From: Squalus acanthias
Lineage: Eukaryota
Length of the DNA stretch: 63,000 bases
Assembly (NCBI GenBank): GCA_030390025.1
Contig: JASTWF010001722.1
Span: 1 to 63,000 of the forward strand
Reading direction: 5' to 3'
Every line of letters begins with the position of its first letter. Within the stretch, counting starts at the first letter, position 1. Under the pieces are notes generated by a model. That model was not told where the DNA came from. It saw only the letters and a list, made by a program, of their open reading frames with translations, and ran no database searches. Below, one piece after another: positions 61,306-63,000 of the stretch. A program made the translations under genes and the position numbers.

Positions 61306-62481
61306 ACATAGAAACACAGAAACACAGAAGATAGGAGCAGGAGTAGGCCATTCGGCCCCTCGAGCCTGCTCCGCCATTTAATGAGATCATGGCTGATCAT
61401 CCAAATTCAGTACCCTGTCCCTGCTTTCTCCCCATATCCCTTGATCTCTTTAGCCTTACGAACTATATCTAACTCCTTCTTGAATATATTTAATGAATTG
61501 GCCTCAACTGCCTTCTGTGGCAGATAATTCTACAGGTTCACCACTCTCTGGGTGAAGAAATTCCTCCTCATCTCAGTCCCAAATGGCTTACCCCTTATCC
61601 TTAGACTGTGACCCCTGGTTCTGGACTTACCCGCCATCGGAAACATGCTTCCTGCATCTAGTCTGTCTAGTCCTGTTAGAATTTTACAAGTTTCAATGAG
61701 ATCCCCTCTCATTCTTCTAAACGCGAGCGAATAAAAGTCTAACCGACCCAATCCCTCTTCATACGTCATCCCTGCCATCCCGGGTATCAGTCTGGTGAAT
61801 CTTCGCCGCAGTCCCTCCATTGGCAAGAACATCCTTCCCCAGATAAGGCGACCAAAACTGCACACAATATTCAAGGTGTGGTCTCACCAAGGCCCTGTAA
61901 ACCTGCAGCAAAACATCCTTGTTCCTGTACTCAAACCCTCTCGCTATGAAGGCGAAAACACCATTTGCCTTCTTAACCGCCTGCTGCACATGCATGCTTA
62001 CCTTCAGCGATTGGTGCACAAGGACAAACAGGTCTCGTTGCACCGCCCCTTTTCCCAATCTATTGCCGTTCAGATAATAATCTGCCTTCCTATTTTTGCC
62101 AACGAAGTGGATAACCTTACATTTATCCACATTATGCTGCATCTGCCATGCATTTGCCCACTCACCCAACCTGTCCAAATCATACTGGAGTTTCTCTGCA
62201 TCCTCCTCACAACGCACACGCCCACCCAGCTTTGTGTCGTCTGCAAACTTGGAGATATTACATCTAGTTCCCTCGTCTAAATCATTAATATATATTGTGA
62301 ATAGCTGGGGTCCTAGCACCGATCCCTGCGGTAACCCACTAGTCACTGCCTGCCACTCAGAAAAAAGACCCGTTTATTTCAACTATTTTCTTCCTGTCTG
62401 CCAACCAGTTCTCTATTCAAGTCAGTACCTTACCCCCAATCCCATGTGCTTTAACTTTGCATGCTAATCTCTTATGCGGGA
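61306..62481 (-). mobile_element. CR1 ORF2 3' fragment
   Basis: ORFs 61530-62346 with RT motifs; tail at about 61310. Confidence 0.92.
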
Positions 62482-63000
62482 GATAGAAACATAGAAACAT
62501 AGAAAATAGGTACAGGAGTAGACCAATCGGTCCTTCGAGCCTGCACCGCCATTGAATGCGTTCATGGCTGAAAATGCTACCTCAGTACCCCATTCCTGCT
62601 TTCTCGCCATACCCCTTGATCCCCCTAGTTGTGAGTGTTATATCTAACTCCCTTTTGAATATATTTAGCGAACTGGCCTCAACAACCTTCTGTGGAAGAG
62701 AATTCCATAGATTCACCACTCTCTGGGTGAAGAAGTTCCTCCTCAGCTCAGTCTTAAATGGCTTCCCCTTAATCCTTAGACTGTGACCCCTGGTTCTAGT
62801 TTTCCCTAACATTGGGAACATTCTGCCCGCATCTAATTTGTCTAAACCAGTCAGGATTTTAAATGTCTCCATAAGATCCCCCCTCATTCTTCTGAACTCC
62901 AGAGGATACAAGTTCAGTTGACCCAATCTTTCTTGATATGTCAGACCGGCCTTCCCAGGAATCAATCTAGTGAACCTTCGCTGCACTCCCTCAATAGCAA
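62482..63000 (-). mobile_element. CR1 3' end, nested in or abutting the previous copy; runs off the window
   Basis: ORF 62582-62986; (tagaaaca)n tail. Confidence 0.9.

Overview
Eukaryotic, repeat-dense DNA, almost certainly from a cartilaginous fish (inferred from an HE1-type V-SINE, CR1/HER1-type LINEs, a shark-type IgM C-terminus and GPR139/142-like GPCRs). Only one gene looks intact: a two-exon GPR139/142-like class A GPCR on the minus strand (exon 1 21808-21742, 15.9 kb intron, exon 2 5814-4907; 324 aa). The ORF track misses its first exon. The rest is gene relics and repeats. Relics: an orphan IgM heavy-chain 3' end (last C domain, secretory tail, TM1/TM2) with inactivating lesions; two ABCG-transporter exons in reversed order; a second GPR139-like fragment fused in frame to a PIF/Harbinger transposase; and an unidentified spliced relic. 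Mobile DNA: nested CR1 LINEs (one near full length with tandem 5' monomers), L2, two Penelope-like pieces each with a minimal hammerhead ribozyme fold, a Harbinger-associated MITE family with double-hairpin ends, and an LTR + tRNA-Arg PBS + gag-like remnant between two inverted MITEs. At least ten tandem arrays are present (18-84 bp units). All calls were made by eye, no searches were run, and TE boundaries are approximate.
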